A stretch of 63,886 nucleotides of DNA, counting the filler, from Octopus bimaculoides (taxonomy: Eukaryota), in the NCBI RefSeq assembly GCF_001194135.2. It is 7 parts of 7 records of this genome, joined end to end, with 100 filler letters (N's around TTAATTAATTAA, not from the genome) between each part and the next. Parts side by side here need not be neighbours in the genome. Positions count along the whole stretch, not along the records: positions 44,765 to 60,066 come from NC_068986.1; positions 60,167 to 61,380 come from NW_026345491.1; positions 61,481 to 63,886 come from NC_068982.1; 4 more parts are not named here. One strand, given 5' to 3'. This document shows, in pieces, positions 50,382-63,851 of the stretch. Position 1 is the stretch's first letter; each line of letters begins with the position of its first letter. The translations under genes and the position numbers were made by a program. The notes under the pieces are model-generated. The model had not been told where the DNA came from. It was given only the letters and a program-made list of their open reading frames with translations, and did no database searches.

Positions 50382-53085
50382 TTTTGTTATATTTCTGCTG
50401 CTTTTGAATAAAGTATATATATATATATATGTGTATATGTTTGTCCGCCCCAACCGATGTTGGTATGTTTATGTCCCTGTCACTTAGCAGTTTGGTAAAA
50501 GGAACCGATAGAATAAGTACTAGGCTTACAAGAAATAACTCCTGGGGGTTGATTTGTTCGACTAAATGCGGTGCTCCAGCATGACCACTGGCAAATGATT
50601 GAACCAAATAAAAGAATAAGAAGAATATATACGACAGGCTTCTTTCAGTTTCCGTCAACCAAATTCACTCACAAGGCTTTGGTCGGCCTGAGTCTATAGT
50701 AGAAGACACTAGCCCAAGGTGCCACACAGTGGGACTGAACCTGAAACCATGTGGTTGAGAAGCCAGCTTCTTACCATACAGCCACTCCTATTTTATACAT
50801 AAGTTCATAGTAAGTCTGGTGTCACGTCATATCTACATAATTATGCTTTTACTTTCAAAGTGTTCTCTTTAATATCTTAACATTCATCATTCTGATGTTA
50901 AATTCTGACACTTTGCTTGCAAGGTTATTCACCACAGTCTGTCACGATAACCTCACGTGTATGTGTTTGTGGGGGAGGTGGTTATCATTACAGTCACCCA
51001 ATACATTTATCAGTGCTGTCAAGGCTAAGGATTGTACTGCTAATCTATCTAGGGTAATAATGGTGTACATTTTTTTTTTTAATTTGGCATGTTGAAATTT
51101 TAATTTCTTTAATAATCCTATTTTGAAATGTGTCATGCAACTAAGCATTTAAATTTTAAGTACATGTTTATAGATAAGCATTTTATAACATCATATAAGC
51201 TGCAGGTGTGGCTGTGTGGTAAAAAGTTTGGTTCCCATTCACATAGTTCTGGGTTCAGTTCCACTACATGGCAACTTGGGCAAGTGTCTTCTACTATAGC
51301 CCTAGGCTGGGAAAAGCCTTGTTATTGGATATGGGAGACGAAAACTGAAAGGAGCATGGTGTATATATATATACATATATGCACACACACACACACACAT
51401 GTATATATTAATGTTTGTTTTTATCATCACCATTGTCGTTTAACGTCCGTTTTCCATGCTGGCATGGGTTGGACAGTTTGACTGAAAACTGGCAAGCTGG
51501 GGAGCTGCACCAGGTTCCAGTCTGATTTGGTAATGTTTCTGCAGTTGGTTGCCCTTCCTAGCACCAACCACTTCAAGAATGCAGTGGGTGCTTTTTAAAT
51601 GCCACGATGGGTTACTCTATACTTTTTAGAGTATGAATCTATTATTCTTATACAAGAATGTTGTTGATAGTAATTTCAAAGTTTTAACCAGCTAACCCAG
51701 CATGATCTTCGAACTTTGGGCCTCACACAGGCAATGACTAGTGACCAAGACCTTTGGCAATATGCTGCACTTGAGAAGACCTGTCAATGCTGGTGTCACA
51801 TAACTAGTACCTGTGCCAGTGGCGCATAAAGGGTACCTTTCGTGTATTGGGCCTCATGGAAGCAAAGTGGCTGAGTTCCTTTCGAGTGTTGGGTCTCACA
51901 GAGGCAATGACCAAAACCTTTGGCATTATTTCATGGCAGATACTGGTGTCACACAAATGGTACCTGTGCTGGTGGCACATAAAAGCACCCATTACACTCT
52001 CAGAGTGGTTGGTGTTAGGAAGAGCATCCAACCATAGAAAACCATACCAAATCAGACTGGAGTCTGGTGCAGCCTTCCGGCTTACCAGNNNNNNNNNNTG
52101 GTGTTAGGAAGAGCATCCAACCATAGAAAACCATACCAAATCAGACTGGAGTCTGGTGCAGCCTTCCGGCTTACCAGCCCTGGTCAAACTGTCCAACCCA
52201 TGCCAGCATGGACAATGGACGTTAAATGATGATAATGATGATTGTTGTATATTTTTAGAATGACATTGTAGGGTAGGTGTGAGAGGTGAGATCTGATGGG
52301 TTTGAACATGAAATAGGTTGAATATTTGGGCTGGATATGGCTCAGTGGTTAGAGTGTCGGGCTCGCAGTCATGAGGTAGTGAGTTCGATTCTCAGACTGG
52401 GAATTTTACGTTGCTCCTGTTCACTCACCAACCACATGGTTCCAGGTTCAGTCCCATTGCGTGGCACCTTGGGCAAGTGTNNNNNNNNNNTCCTGGGGTC
52501 GATTTGCTCGACTAAAGGCGGTACTCCAGCATGGCCACTGTCAAATGCCTGAAACAAGTAAAAGAGTAAAAGCGTATATTTCATTATAAAAATATAATAG
52601 AATTTTTTAAAGCTTTATTAAATGACTTGGAGGGTCCAATAGAATAATGCAGATATCAAAGGGGTCCATGGGCAAAAAAAAAAATGGTTGAGAAACACTG
52701 GACTAAACTTCCAAGGTGGTGCTCCAGCATGGCCGCTGTCCGATGTCTAAAACAAGTGAAAGATATAAGATAACTTGCTTTCGTTTTCTCATGTGTTTTG
52801 ATCCTGTTTCTTCTATAGTCAACGATGTGTATATACCGGTTATATATTGCGGACGATTTAATTCCACAATTAGTTCAGCGATTGAACTTAGACCGAAACA
52901 AAGCGAAACCAAATTTCGTTTTAATTTATGAAGTTTTATGGAAAGACAAGTTTTCAATCAAAAAGCAATTATTTTTTTAAGTTACGAACTGATCCAAGGG
53001 AGACAATTACCTTACAAAGAGGAATAGCATAGCTTTTCTAACGCATTGTTTCTTTCCTTTCTCGAAGCTTAAGCATACTCCCTTT

Positions 53086-53298
53086 TACTCTTTTACTTGT
53101 TTCAGTCATTTGACTGCAGCCATGCTGGAGCACCGCCTTTAGTCGAACAAATCGACCCCAGGACTTATTCCTTGGAAGCCTAGGACTTATTCTATCGGGC
53201 TCTTTTGCCGAACCGCTAAGTTACGGGGACGTAAACACACCAGCATCGGTTGTCAAGCGATGTTGGGGGGACAAACACAGACACAAACATATACACAC

Positions 53299-53329
<31 letters not shown>

Positions 53330-53966
53330 TGTATATATATATATATATANNNNNNNNNNNNNNNNNNNNNNNNNNNNNNNNNNNNNNNNNNNNNNNNNNN
53401 NNNNNNNNNNNNNNNNNNNNNNNNNNNNNNNNNNNNNNNNNNNNNNNNNNNNNNNNNNNNNNNNNNNNNNNNNNNNNNNNNNNNNNNNNNNNNNNNNNNN
53501 NNNNNNNNNNNNNNNNNNNNNNNNNNNNNNNNNNNNNNNNNNNNNNNNNNNNNNNNNNNNNNNNNNNNNNNNNNNNNNNNNNNNNNNNNNNNNNNNNNNN
53601 NNNNNNNNNNNNNNNNNNNNNNNNNNNNNNNNNNNNNNNNNNNNNNNNNNNNNNNNNNNNNNNNNNNNNNNNNNNNNNNNNNNNNNNNNNNNNNNNNNNN
53701 NNNNNNNNNNNNNNNNNNNNNNNNNNNNNNNNNNNNNNNNNNNNNNNNNNNNNNNNNNNNNNNNNNNNNNNNNNNNNNNNNNNNNNNNNNNNNNNNNNNN
53801 NNNNNNNNNNNNNNNNNNNNNNNNNNNNNNNNNNNNNNNNNNNNNNNNNNNNNNNNNNNNNNNNNNNNNNNNNNNNNNNNNNNNNNNNNNNNNNNNNNNN
53901 NNNNNNNNNNNNNNNNNNNNNNNNNNNNNNNNNNNNNNNNNNNNNNNNNNNNNNNNNNNNNNNNNN

Positions 53967-54000
<34 letters not shown>

Positions 54001-55420
54001 GACGGGCTTCTTTCAGTTTCCGTCTACCAAATCCACTCACAAGGCTTTGGTCGGCCCGAGGCTATAGTAGAAGACACTTTCCTAAGGTGCCACACATGGT
54101 TCGTAAGCAAGCTACTTACCACACAGCCACTCCTACGCCTATTCTTTTATTTGTTTCAGTCATTTGACTGCGGCCATGCTGGAACACCGCCTAGTACTTA
54201 TTCTATCGGTCTTTTATGCCGAACCGCTATGTTACGGGGATATAAACACACCAACATCGGTTGTCAACCGATGATGGGGGAGACAAACACACACACACAC
54301 GACTACACACACACACGCACACACGATGAGCTTCTTTCAGTTTCCGCCTACCAAATCCACTCACAAGTCTTTGGTCGGCCCGAGGCTATAGTAGAAGACA
54401 CTTGCCCAAGGTGCCACACAGTAGGAATGAACCTGGAACCATATGGTTGGTAAGCAAGCTACTTATCACACAGCCATTCCTATATATATTCTTTTATTCT
54501 TTTATAATTTTACTTGTTTGTCATTTGGCTGGGGCCATGCCGGAGCAGCGCCTTAAGGAGTATTAGTAGAACAAATCGACCCCAGGACTTATTTTTAAAG
54601 CTTAATACTTATTCTATCAGTCTCTTTTTCCTGAGCTGCTAAGTCACAGGGATGTAAACACACCAACACCGGTTGTCAAGCGGTCATGGGGGGACAAACA
54701 CAGACACAAAGTCACACACACACATGACATGCTTCTTTGAGTTTCTGTCTACCAAATCCAATCACAACACTTTGGTTGGCCTGAACCATATCAACCACAT
54801 GGCTCCGGGTTCAGTCCCACTGCGTGGCACCTTGTCCACGTGTCTTCTACTATAGCCTCGGGCCAACCAAAGTGTTGTGAGTGGATTTGGTAGAAAGAAA
54901 CTGAAAGAAGCTCATATATATCATCATCATCATCATCATCATCATCGTTTAACGTCCGTTTTCCATGCTGGCATGGGTTGGACAGTTTGACTGAGGACTG
55001 GCAAGCCAGTAGGCTGCACCAAGCTCCAATCTGATATGGCACGGTTTCTACAGTTGGATGCCCTTCCTAACTCCAACCACTCTCAGAATGTAGCAGGTGC
55101 TTTTTACATGCCACTGGCACACGAGCCATTCAGGGAGCACTGGCATTGACCACGTTCAGATGGTGCTTTTTACATGCCACCAGCACAGGGAGTCAGTCAG
55201 GCAGCACTGGCATCAACTGTGTCTTTGTGTCTGTGTTTGTTCCCCACCATTGCTTGACAACCGATGTTGGTGTGTCTACGTCCATGTAACTTAGCGGTTC
55301 AGTAAAGAGCCCGATAGAGTAAGTACCAGGCTTACAAAGAATAAGTCCTGGGGTTGATTTCTTCGACTAAAAAGTGGTACCCCAGCATGGCTGCAGTCAA
55401 ACGACTGAAACCAATAAAAG
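53086..55420. mobile_element. Dense cluster of SINE family C and family D copies in GINS3 intron 1
   Basis: At least four successive family C copies or fragments plus a (CAT)n-tailed family D copy at 54925-55210. Confidence 0.8.
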
Positions 55421-56152
55421 AAACCCTCTACTAAACTTCCAAAGTGTTGCCCCAGCATGGCCGCAGTCCGATGGCCCAGTGGTTAGGGCAGTGGACTTGT
55501 GGTTGTAGGTTCGCGGTTTCGGTTCCCAGACCGGGCGTTGTGAGTGTTTATTGAGCGAAAACACCTTAAGCTCCACGAGGCTCTGGCAGGGGATGNNNNN
55601 NNNNNNNNNNNNNNNNNNNNNNNNNNNNNNNNNNNNNNNNNNNNNNNNNNNNNNNNNNNNNNNNNNNNNNNNNNNNNNNNNNNNNNNNNNNNNNNNNNNN
55701 NNNNNNNNNNNNNNNNNNNNNNNNNNNNNNNNNNNNNNNNNNNNNNNNNNNNNNNNNNNNNNNNNNNNNNNNNNNNNNNNNNNNNNNNNNNNNNNNNNNN
55801 NNNNNNNNNNNNNNNNNNNNNNNNNNNNNNNNNNNNNNNNNNNNNNNNNNNNNNNNNNNNNNNNNNNNNNNNNNNNNNNNNNNNNNNNNNNNNNNNNNNN
55901 NNNNNNNNNNNNNNNNNNNNNNNNNNNNNNNNNNNNNNNNNNNNNNNNNNNNNNNNNNNNNNNNNNNNNNNNNNNNNNNNNNNNNNNNNNNNNNNNNNNN
56001 NNNNNNNNNNNNNNNNNNNNNNNNNNNNNNNNNNNNNNNNNNNNNNNNNNNNNNNNNNNNNNNNNNNNNNNNNNNNNNNNNNNNNNNNNNNNNNNNNNNN
56101 NNNNNNNNNNNNNNNNNNNNNNNNNNNNNNNNNNNNNNNNNNNNNNNNNNNN

Positions 56153-56308
56153 CCCAAGCCTTATCGAATAGGTTATAGAGAGGTGATGAAGGCTGATGCC
56201 AGCGTTGTGAACCTGCACAAACTTGGACCTTATTTCTATGACCTTGGCTGCAAGTTACGATATTTCCCTTTCACAGAAATAGACGACGTTGCTAAATCTT
56301 TGCTCGAT
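56153..56308 (+). CDS. GINS3: GINS3 internal exon, 3' part (5' part hidden in gap 55596-56152)
   Basis: PKPYRIGYREVMKADASVVNLHKLGPYFYDLGCKLRYFPFTEIDDVAKSLLD matches the PSF3 ELPKxY...ADxxVVxLHKxGPxFY motif. Phase-0 GTAAGT donor at 56309. Confidence 0.93.
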
Positions 56309-57618
56309 GTAAGTTGAGAAAAAACTTCTAACGTTTGTCCAGTTCCTTTGTGGTTTGTTTAAAAAATAAAATTCATTCCCACTGCGTGACACCTTGGGCA
56401 AGTGTCTTCTACTATAGCCTCGGGCCGACCAAAGCCTTGTGAGTGGATTTGGTAGACGGAAACTGAAAGAAGCCCGTCGTATATATGTAGATATATATAT
56501 GTGTGTATGTTTATGCGTTTGTGTTTGTCTCCCCCAACATCACTTGACAACCAATGCTGGTGTGTTAACGTCTGCCGTAACATAGCGGTTTGGCAAAAGA
56601 GACCGATATAATAAGTACTAGGCTTCCAAAGAATAAGTCCTAGGGTCGATTTGCTCGACTAAAAGGCGGTGCTCCAGCATGGCCGCAGTCAAATTACTGA
56701 AACAAGTAAAAAAGTAAATGTAATATGTTGCGCTTCTCGAACGAGTTGTTTCCCTTACATTTGGTTTCCGTGATATTGACTATTAACTAAGAGTTGTCTC
56801 CCTTGCGTGTAATGAAATTTTTTTTTTTCTCGAGAAGGCCTTTATCATCATCATCATCACGTTCACTTTTNNNNNNNNNNNNNNNNNNNNNNNNNNNNNN
56901 NNNNNNNNNNNNNNNNNNNNNNNNNNNNNNNNNNNNNNNNNNNNNNNNNNNNNNNNNNNNNNNNNNNNNNNNNNNNNNNNNNNNNNNNNNNNNNNNNNNN
57001 NNNNNNNNNNNNNNNNNNNNNNNNNNNNNNNNNNNNNNNNNNNNNNNNNNNNNNNNNNNNNNNNNNNNNNNNNNNNNNNNNNNNNNNNNNNNNNNNNNNN
57101 NNNNNNNNNNNNNNNNNNNNNNNNNNNNNNNNNNNNNNNNNNNNNNNNNNNNNNNNNNNNNNNNNNNNNNNNNNNNNNNNNNNNNNNNNNNNNNNNNNNN
57201 NNNNNNNNNNNNNNNNNNNNNNNNNNNNNNNNNNNNNNNNNNNNNNNNNNNNNNNNNNNNNNNNNNNNNNNNNNNNNNNNNNNNNNNNNNNNNNNNNNNN
57301 NNNNNNNNNNNNNNNNNNNNNNNNNNNNNNNNNNNNNNNNNNNNNNNNNNNNNNNNNNNNNNNNNNNNNNNNNNNNNNNNNNNNNNNNNNNNNNNNNNNN
57401 NNNNNNNNNNNNNNNNNNNNNNNNNNNNNNNNNNNNNNNNNNNNNNNNNNNNNNNNNNNNNNNNNNNNNNNNNNNNNNNNNNNNNNNNNNNNNNNNNNNN
57501 NNNNNNNNNNNNNNNNNNNNNNNNNNNNNNNNTTTTACTCATGCAAAAAACATCTTGGAAAAGATTACTTTATAATTTCTCCCTTTTTAAAGAGTGTAGG
57601 GTACAATTTATAGGAATC

Positions 57619-57848
57619 ATTCTTATTTCTTTATTGCCCACAAGGGGCTAAACATAGAGGGGACAAACAAGGACAGACAAAAGGATTAAGTCGATTACCC
57701 CAGTGCGTAACTGGTATTTAATTTATCGACCCCGAAAGGATGACAGGCAAAGTCGACCTCGGCAGAATTTGAACTCAGAACGTAACGGCAGACGAAATAC
57801 CACTAAGCATTTTGTCCGGCGTGCTAACGTTTCTGCCAGTTCGCTGCC
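57619..57848 (-). mobile_element. SINE family B copy
   Basis: Reverse complement of 42039-42273 at high identity. Confidence 0.85.
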
Positions 57849-57909
57849 TTTATAGGAATCATTCTGAAATCATTTATTGGAATCATTCCGCTTAGAAGTT
57901 CTTCATTAA

Positions 57910-58130
57910 CCCATTAGTGCCCAAATTTTTTTATTTAATTTATTACCAAACATTTTTTTTTATACAACTTTATCTGATTCTAAATATATAAAAAATGTTT
58001 TATTACAATATTTGAAAGACACTCCAGTCTCAATGACTAACTAAAAGATAGCTCATAAAAATACAGGTGTTGCAGAAATATGATGGATTATCCTTCTGGT
58101 TCTAAAAAAGGGGCCATGGGCACTAATCGG
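57910..58130. mobile_element. TTAA-flanked (piggyBac-type) MITE in the last GINS3 intron
   Basis: TTAA + cccattagtgccca ... tgggcactaatcgg + TTAA (13 of 14 TIR positions match). Confidence 0.7.
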
Positions 58131-58208
58131 TTAAGGAACACAATTAACACAAACCATACATTATTACTTAAATTATTTTTTGCTTTCTTGGTTTTATTTT
58201 TTTAACAG

Positions 58209-58433
58209 ACATTTCAAGTAAGATTCCGAAAAATTTTGGATGCATCGCAGAGTTCCTTAAATGAAGACTCATCCAGTTTGACCTCAACTTTGGACAGCAC
58301 GGAAAAATTCCTCTTTCACACAGGTCTGAAATCTTTAAATGATTTCCAAAGCTGGGAGACACGACGGGCAGAGAAACTAACCTCTTCAGAAATGGTACGA
58401 ATTTACAGGAAGAGGAAGCGTGAAAATGATTGA
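58209..58433 (+). CDS. GINS3: GINS3 last coding exon
   Basis: Acceptor ttttttaacag at 58208. TFQVRFRKILDASQSSLNEDSSSLTSTLDSTEKFLFHTGLKSLNDFQSWETRRAEKLTSSEMVRIYRKRKREND* matches the PSF3 C-terminus. Phase matches the previous exon. Confidence 0.95.
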   Translation, partial: TFQVRFRKILDASQSSLNEDSSSLTSTLDSTEKFLFHTGLKSLNDFQSWETRRAEKLTSSEMVRIYRKRKREND

Positions 58434-59462
58434 TAGTGGCGAGAGTAGCAACAACAACAACAGTGACACTTTTAACAGCAACAACAGCAAAAGCAGCAGC
58501 AGCAGCAGCAGTAGCAGTAACTACAACCAGTCAGTAACAAAAATGACAATGATAAAAAAAATAACAAAAATACAAGAAATATATGCATGGATGTCTGTAT
58601 GTATCTATGTTTATATATATATATATATGTATGTATTTATGTGCGTGTGTATGTGTCTGTGTATATATAAATATCATCATCATCATCATCATCATTGTTT
58701 TAACATCCACTTTTCCATGCTTGCATGACCTGGATGGAATTGGTTGAGGCAGATTTTCATCAGCCAGATGCCCTTTCTTGGCACCGATACTCTTTTGTTT
58801 CTAAATAAGGTAATATTCCCTACTCTTTCCATCTGTGGCTGGACGTGTCTTCACGTAACATTGGAAATTAAGGACACCACTTGTATAACAATGACACTCA
58901 TTTACAACCACCACATGATGTCAAGACAAGAACACATAAAGACCCTTAAACACACACACACACTTAGATACTTAGATAAGTTTTGGCCAGAATTGACCCA
59001 GGCCATGGCTAAATTAATAGCACCACCTGGAGAAGCCATGGAATGATCTTTCATTGCACAGTAATTCTTTGGGCATATAAACAGCAGGCTTCTTTCAGTT
59101 TCCATTTGCCAAATCCACTCATAAGGCTTTGACTGGCACAGGGTTATAGTGAGTCTATGCATGCATATGTGTGTATGTGAGTATATGTTTTGTCTACATC
59201 TGTGAGATTGTTTGTATGAAAGTGCAGAAGGCGGTGTTGTTAGTCTCACCTGTCAATGAATTGTTTCGGCCACTTTGAGTCTGTGTGAAGAGGAGTCTTT
59301 GAAATGTTTTTGCAGCAGCTGGCAACAACATGTTTTTCTTTTAAATGAAATGTTTTGATTTCTTTTATGTCAATTTTAATACAATGGAATAAAATACTGA
59401 AATAATTACATCAAGGTAGAATCATAATAGTAATTTAAAACACACATGTTACTGTTTTATTG

Positions 59463-59498
<36 letters not shown>

Positions 59499-59605
59499 GT
59501 TATTGTACCATAATGTGTCAATAAATTTTGTCCTACATCCATAACCTGATCTGTGACAGAATTCCACTGCAACTATTTAGGTTCGGTTGTTGGCCAGTTT
59601 TAAAT

Positions 59606-59993
59606 GTTGTTGTTGGCACTCCGTCGCTTACGACGCCGAGGGTTCCAGTTGATCCGATCAACGGAACAGCCTGCTCGTGAAATTAACGTGCAAGTGGCTG
59701 AGCACTCCACAGACACTTGTACCCTTAACGTAACTTTCTGGGATATTCAGCATGGCACAGAGTGTTACAAGGCTGACCCTTTGAATTACAGGCACAACAG
59801 AAACAGGAAGTAAGAGTGAAAGAAAGTTGTGGTGAAAGAGTACAGCAGGGTTCGCCACCATCCCCTGCCAGAGCCTCTTGGAACTTTTAGGTATTTTCGC
59901 TCAATAAACACTCACAACGCCCGGTCTGGGAATCGAATCCGCGATCCTATGACCGCGAGTCCGCTGCCCTAACCACTGGGACATTGCGCCTCC
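59606..59993 (-). mobile_element. SINE family A copy
   Basis: Near-colinear reverse complement of 42719-43098 with a (CAA)n tail. Confidence 0.85.
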
Positions 59994-61020
59994 ACGCAGT
60001 TTTAATTAGAACTTCGAGAAATTTCTTTTTCTGTATTGTTTTTGTTTATACAGTCGTCATCATCGCNNNNNNNNNNNNNNNNNNNNNNNNNNNNNNNNNN
60101 NNNNNNNNNNTTAATTAATTAANNNNNNNNNNNNNNNNNNNNNNNNNNNNNNNNNNNNNNNNNNNNTATCGAAAATAAATTTTAAGCAATTAACTCTATA
60201 TCTGTAATGTTTAACCGCTATTTCTTCTGTGAATCAAAACTTTCTTACATATTCGTACAAAGACACATACATATGTCAATGTGTGTATGCATATATGTGA
60301 GTGTCTGAGGTTAAATAGATTTTTGAATTTAATTTCTATTATATATCATCAGCATATATACTGAATATTTATAATATATGCATATATAATTGTGAGCATA
60401 TATGAATGTATATTTTGACACGCTGGGGTGTAGGAATGTTGGCTCAAATGCCTCAATATATACAGCTTATTTCCAAATATGTATTGATTCCTAAGTGTAT
60501 CAATGTACTGAAGTACATATGCTATACACTGACGTAAAAATACTGACATACATCGACATATAACAACAGGCGAATGGGCTACCTGGTACTACTACAGCTG
60601 TTTCATAAAGAGTACTTACTATAATGTAAACTCATTGGCTTACCATATATATAATCGAAAAGTAACATGTTCATTAATCAACAGATCTATAAGTGAAATT
60701 CCGTAAGCTGATGAGTTGAGGTTGCGTAATGTATTACATAATCGTATTGATATTGTGCGTAAATGACCGCACCACATTCACGTATTAACAATGAAACAAT
60801 AGTAGTAGTACCAGATACCTCATTCGTCTGTTTTTATGTTATTAGGCCATGCTTAATTTTCCATTCAACTTTGGATACTGTTGCAGTTCTGGATTTCCGA
60901 ATAAGGGATATGATAATGGATTTGCATCATTTTACCTCGCAAATAATTGTGGCGTTTTAACTTTCATATGCCTCGATCCATTATGGATACCCTTTAATCA
61001 AATCTGTCTGTCTGTCTTTG

Positions 61021-61100
<80 letters not shown>

Positions 61101-61341
61101 AATTAATCAATCAATCAATCAGTCAATCAATCAATAAATCTCTCTCACTCCCTATCCATCGATCTACACGTATACATACATACATACATACATACACACA
61201 CACATATATATATATATACATAGATACATATATATATCTATGTATATGTATTTATGTATATTTTAATATATATGTATATGTGTATCTATCTATATAACAT
61301 ATATAGATAAATATATATATATTTATATTAACACTCACACA

Positions 61342-61380
<39 letters not shown>

Positions 61381-61579
61381 NNNNNNNNNNNNNNNNNNNN
61401 NNNNNNNNNNNNNNNNNNNNNNNNTTAATTAATTAANNNNNNNNNNNNNNNNNNNNNNNNNNNNNNNNNNNNNNNNNNNNAATGAAGCCACACTCCAAGT
61501 ACTGTTTCTTTGTTCTTTTTTCACTTCTTACTACAAATCTCCTCTTATAGATGTAATAATCCATTCTTCTACTATTACC

Positions 61580-61628
61580 GTCTCCGATGAAGGGATACAT
61601 TGGATTTTCCCTGAAACAGCTGTAAGAC
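61580..61628 (+). ncRNA. Hammerhead-like motif with CCGAUGA core variant
   Basis: Stem I GTCT/AGAC, CCGATGA 61584-90, stem II AGGGA/TCCCT, GAAAC, palindromic stem III ACAGCTGT, GTA triplet 61622-24. Confidence 0.6.
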
Positions 61629-62543
61629 TTCATCCATAAAATATAATTCTAACTTTGCCATTGGTCTCTTTATCCTTTTCTTTCTTTATATATATATATG
61701 TATATATATATATCATAAGAAATAGAGAGTCTTTGGTACAGTATTATGTGTGTACGTGTGTATGTGCGCATATGTGTGTGTACTTCTCTTTGTTTATGTG
61801 TGTTTATGTGTGCGTTTATGTGTGTGCGTGTGTGTGTGCGTGTGTGTTGGTGTTTGTATGTGTGTATGTTTCTAATTAAACACTCCCTATCTAAACAGTG
61901 AATAACAAACTCTAAAATATCATTATATACATTATTTACATTTGACGGATATTTGTCCTCATCTTGTTTGCTGTTAACACATGCAAGTAATGTAAATAAT
62001 GTAAATAATGTACATAATTCCTCATCTCTTAAATATAGAACTGTATTATCTAAAATATCAGTTTGAAAACCGCTTTTAAGTGAGAAACTCCTATAAGTGT
62101 AACGTTTGTAAACACCTAATAACTTATAAACATCTAATTATGAAAGTGAAAAAATGATCAGAAAAGCCATTTCTATTCAGTTTTTTGCATATACATACAT
62201 ACATACATACATACATGTTTATGTGTGTGCGTCGCTCGACGACCGATCCTGGTGTGTTTATATCCCTGGAACTTAGCGGTTTAGCAAAAGAGAGCGATAG
62301 AATAAGTACTAGGCTTACAATGAATAAGTCCTGGGTCGATTTCTTCCACTAAAACCCTTTAAGGTGGTTCTCCAGCATGGCTGCAGTCAAATAGCTGAAA
62401 GAAGTGAAAGAATAAAAGAATGTGCGTGTGCGCGTGTGTGTGTGCCTGTGTTTGTGTGTAACAGAGTGAGAAGAAGGTAGGTAAATATAAAAAATATATA
62501 GATTGGGAGGTCATATTACAAGCCATAACGAACAAAATCTTAG

Positions 62544-62603
<60 letters not shown>

Positions 62604-63851
62604 AATGGATCAGCTATCTCGAGAAATAGGTGTGTAAGTATTCCTCTTCTCTGAGACTCTGAAGGTCTAGACGCTATTTATTTCCATGGAATCGAGATAA
62701 GAAATATTACCAAAGAACGCGATAGAAACAGATGAATCGACAGAATTGGAGAGTGGATGGCTTCTGATACCGAAAATTCCGAGAGAATTGAAACTAATAG
62801 TAAGATCCTTTTGGCAGGCAAATCATTAGAATCTGTTACAATATCTATAAGAATACTGACCATTTCTAAGATAAACTCATTAATTAATACAAGTCTCCGT
62901 AATTCTAAACCGTCTATTTTATTGCTTTACGTGTTTTTGTGTTATTTTTCCTTGTTTTCTTTTGATTGCTTTTTACCATTTTTTCAAATTATTTTTCGTC
63001 CAGTTACTGCCTGTTTTTTTTTTTAATCTTTTCTTTTTTTTCTTTCCTATTCTGTGCATCGTTCTTTCTCTTCTTCCTGTATTTCTTTCTGTGTGATATT
63101 TTTCACGTTTTCTTATTTGCTTCTTATTTTCTGTATTTCATTCGTTGCTAGATCTCTTGGTTGGCCAAATCATTGGAGCAACGGACAACATGTATCTATT
63201 ATCTTTTTTCTGTTACTTGTTTCTGTCATTTGATGGCGGCCATGTTGGGGAATCGCCTTGAAGGGTTTTAGTCGAACAAATCGACCCCAAGACTTAATTT
63301 GTTCTTTCAATCCTAGTATTTATTCTATCGGCCTCTTTTGCCGAACCGCTATATTACGGGGACGTAAACACACCAGTACCGCTTGTCAAGTGGTGGTGGG
63401 GGACAGACATAAAGACAGATACAAATGAATATATACATATATACATGTGGCTGTGTAGTAAGAAGCTTCCTTCCTAATCACATGGTTCTGGGTTCAGTTC
63501 CACTGCGTGGCACCTTTTACTATAGCTTCAGGCTAACCAAAGCCTTGTGAGTGGATTTGGTTGACGGAAGTACACACACACACACACACACAAATATATA
63601 TATGCATATGTGTGTGTGTGTGTGTGTGTATGCGTGTGTTTATGTGTGTGCCTCTGTCCCCCAGTCATCGCTTAACAACCGATGCTGATGTGTTAATGTC
63701 ACGTAGCTTAACAGTTCGACAAAAGAAACCGATGGAATAAGTACTCGGCTTAAAAAGTATGTCCTGGGATCAATTCTTTCGACTAAGACCCTTTAAGGCA
63801 GTGCTCCATCATTGCCACAGTCAAATGACTGAAACAAGTAGAAGAATAAAA

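Noticed and set aside
52010-52178. Exact 80-bp direct duplication around a 10-N gap
   Set aside because: Typical overlap left by a negative-size gap; assembly artefact.
62678-62830. Unique-looking segment with short open frames on both strands
   Set aside because: No recognisable homology and no single convincing acceptor/donor pair; insufficient to call.
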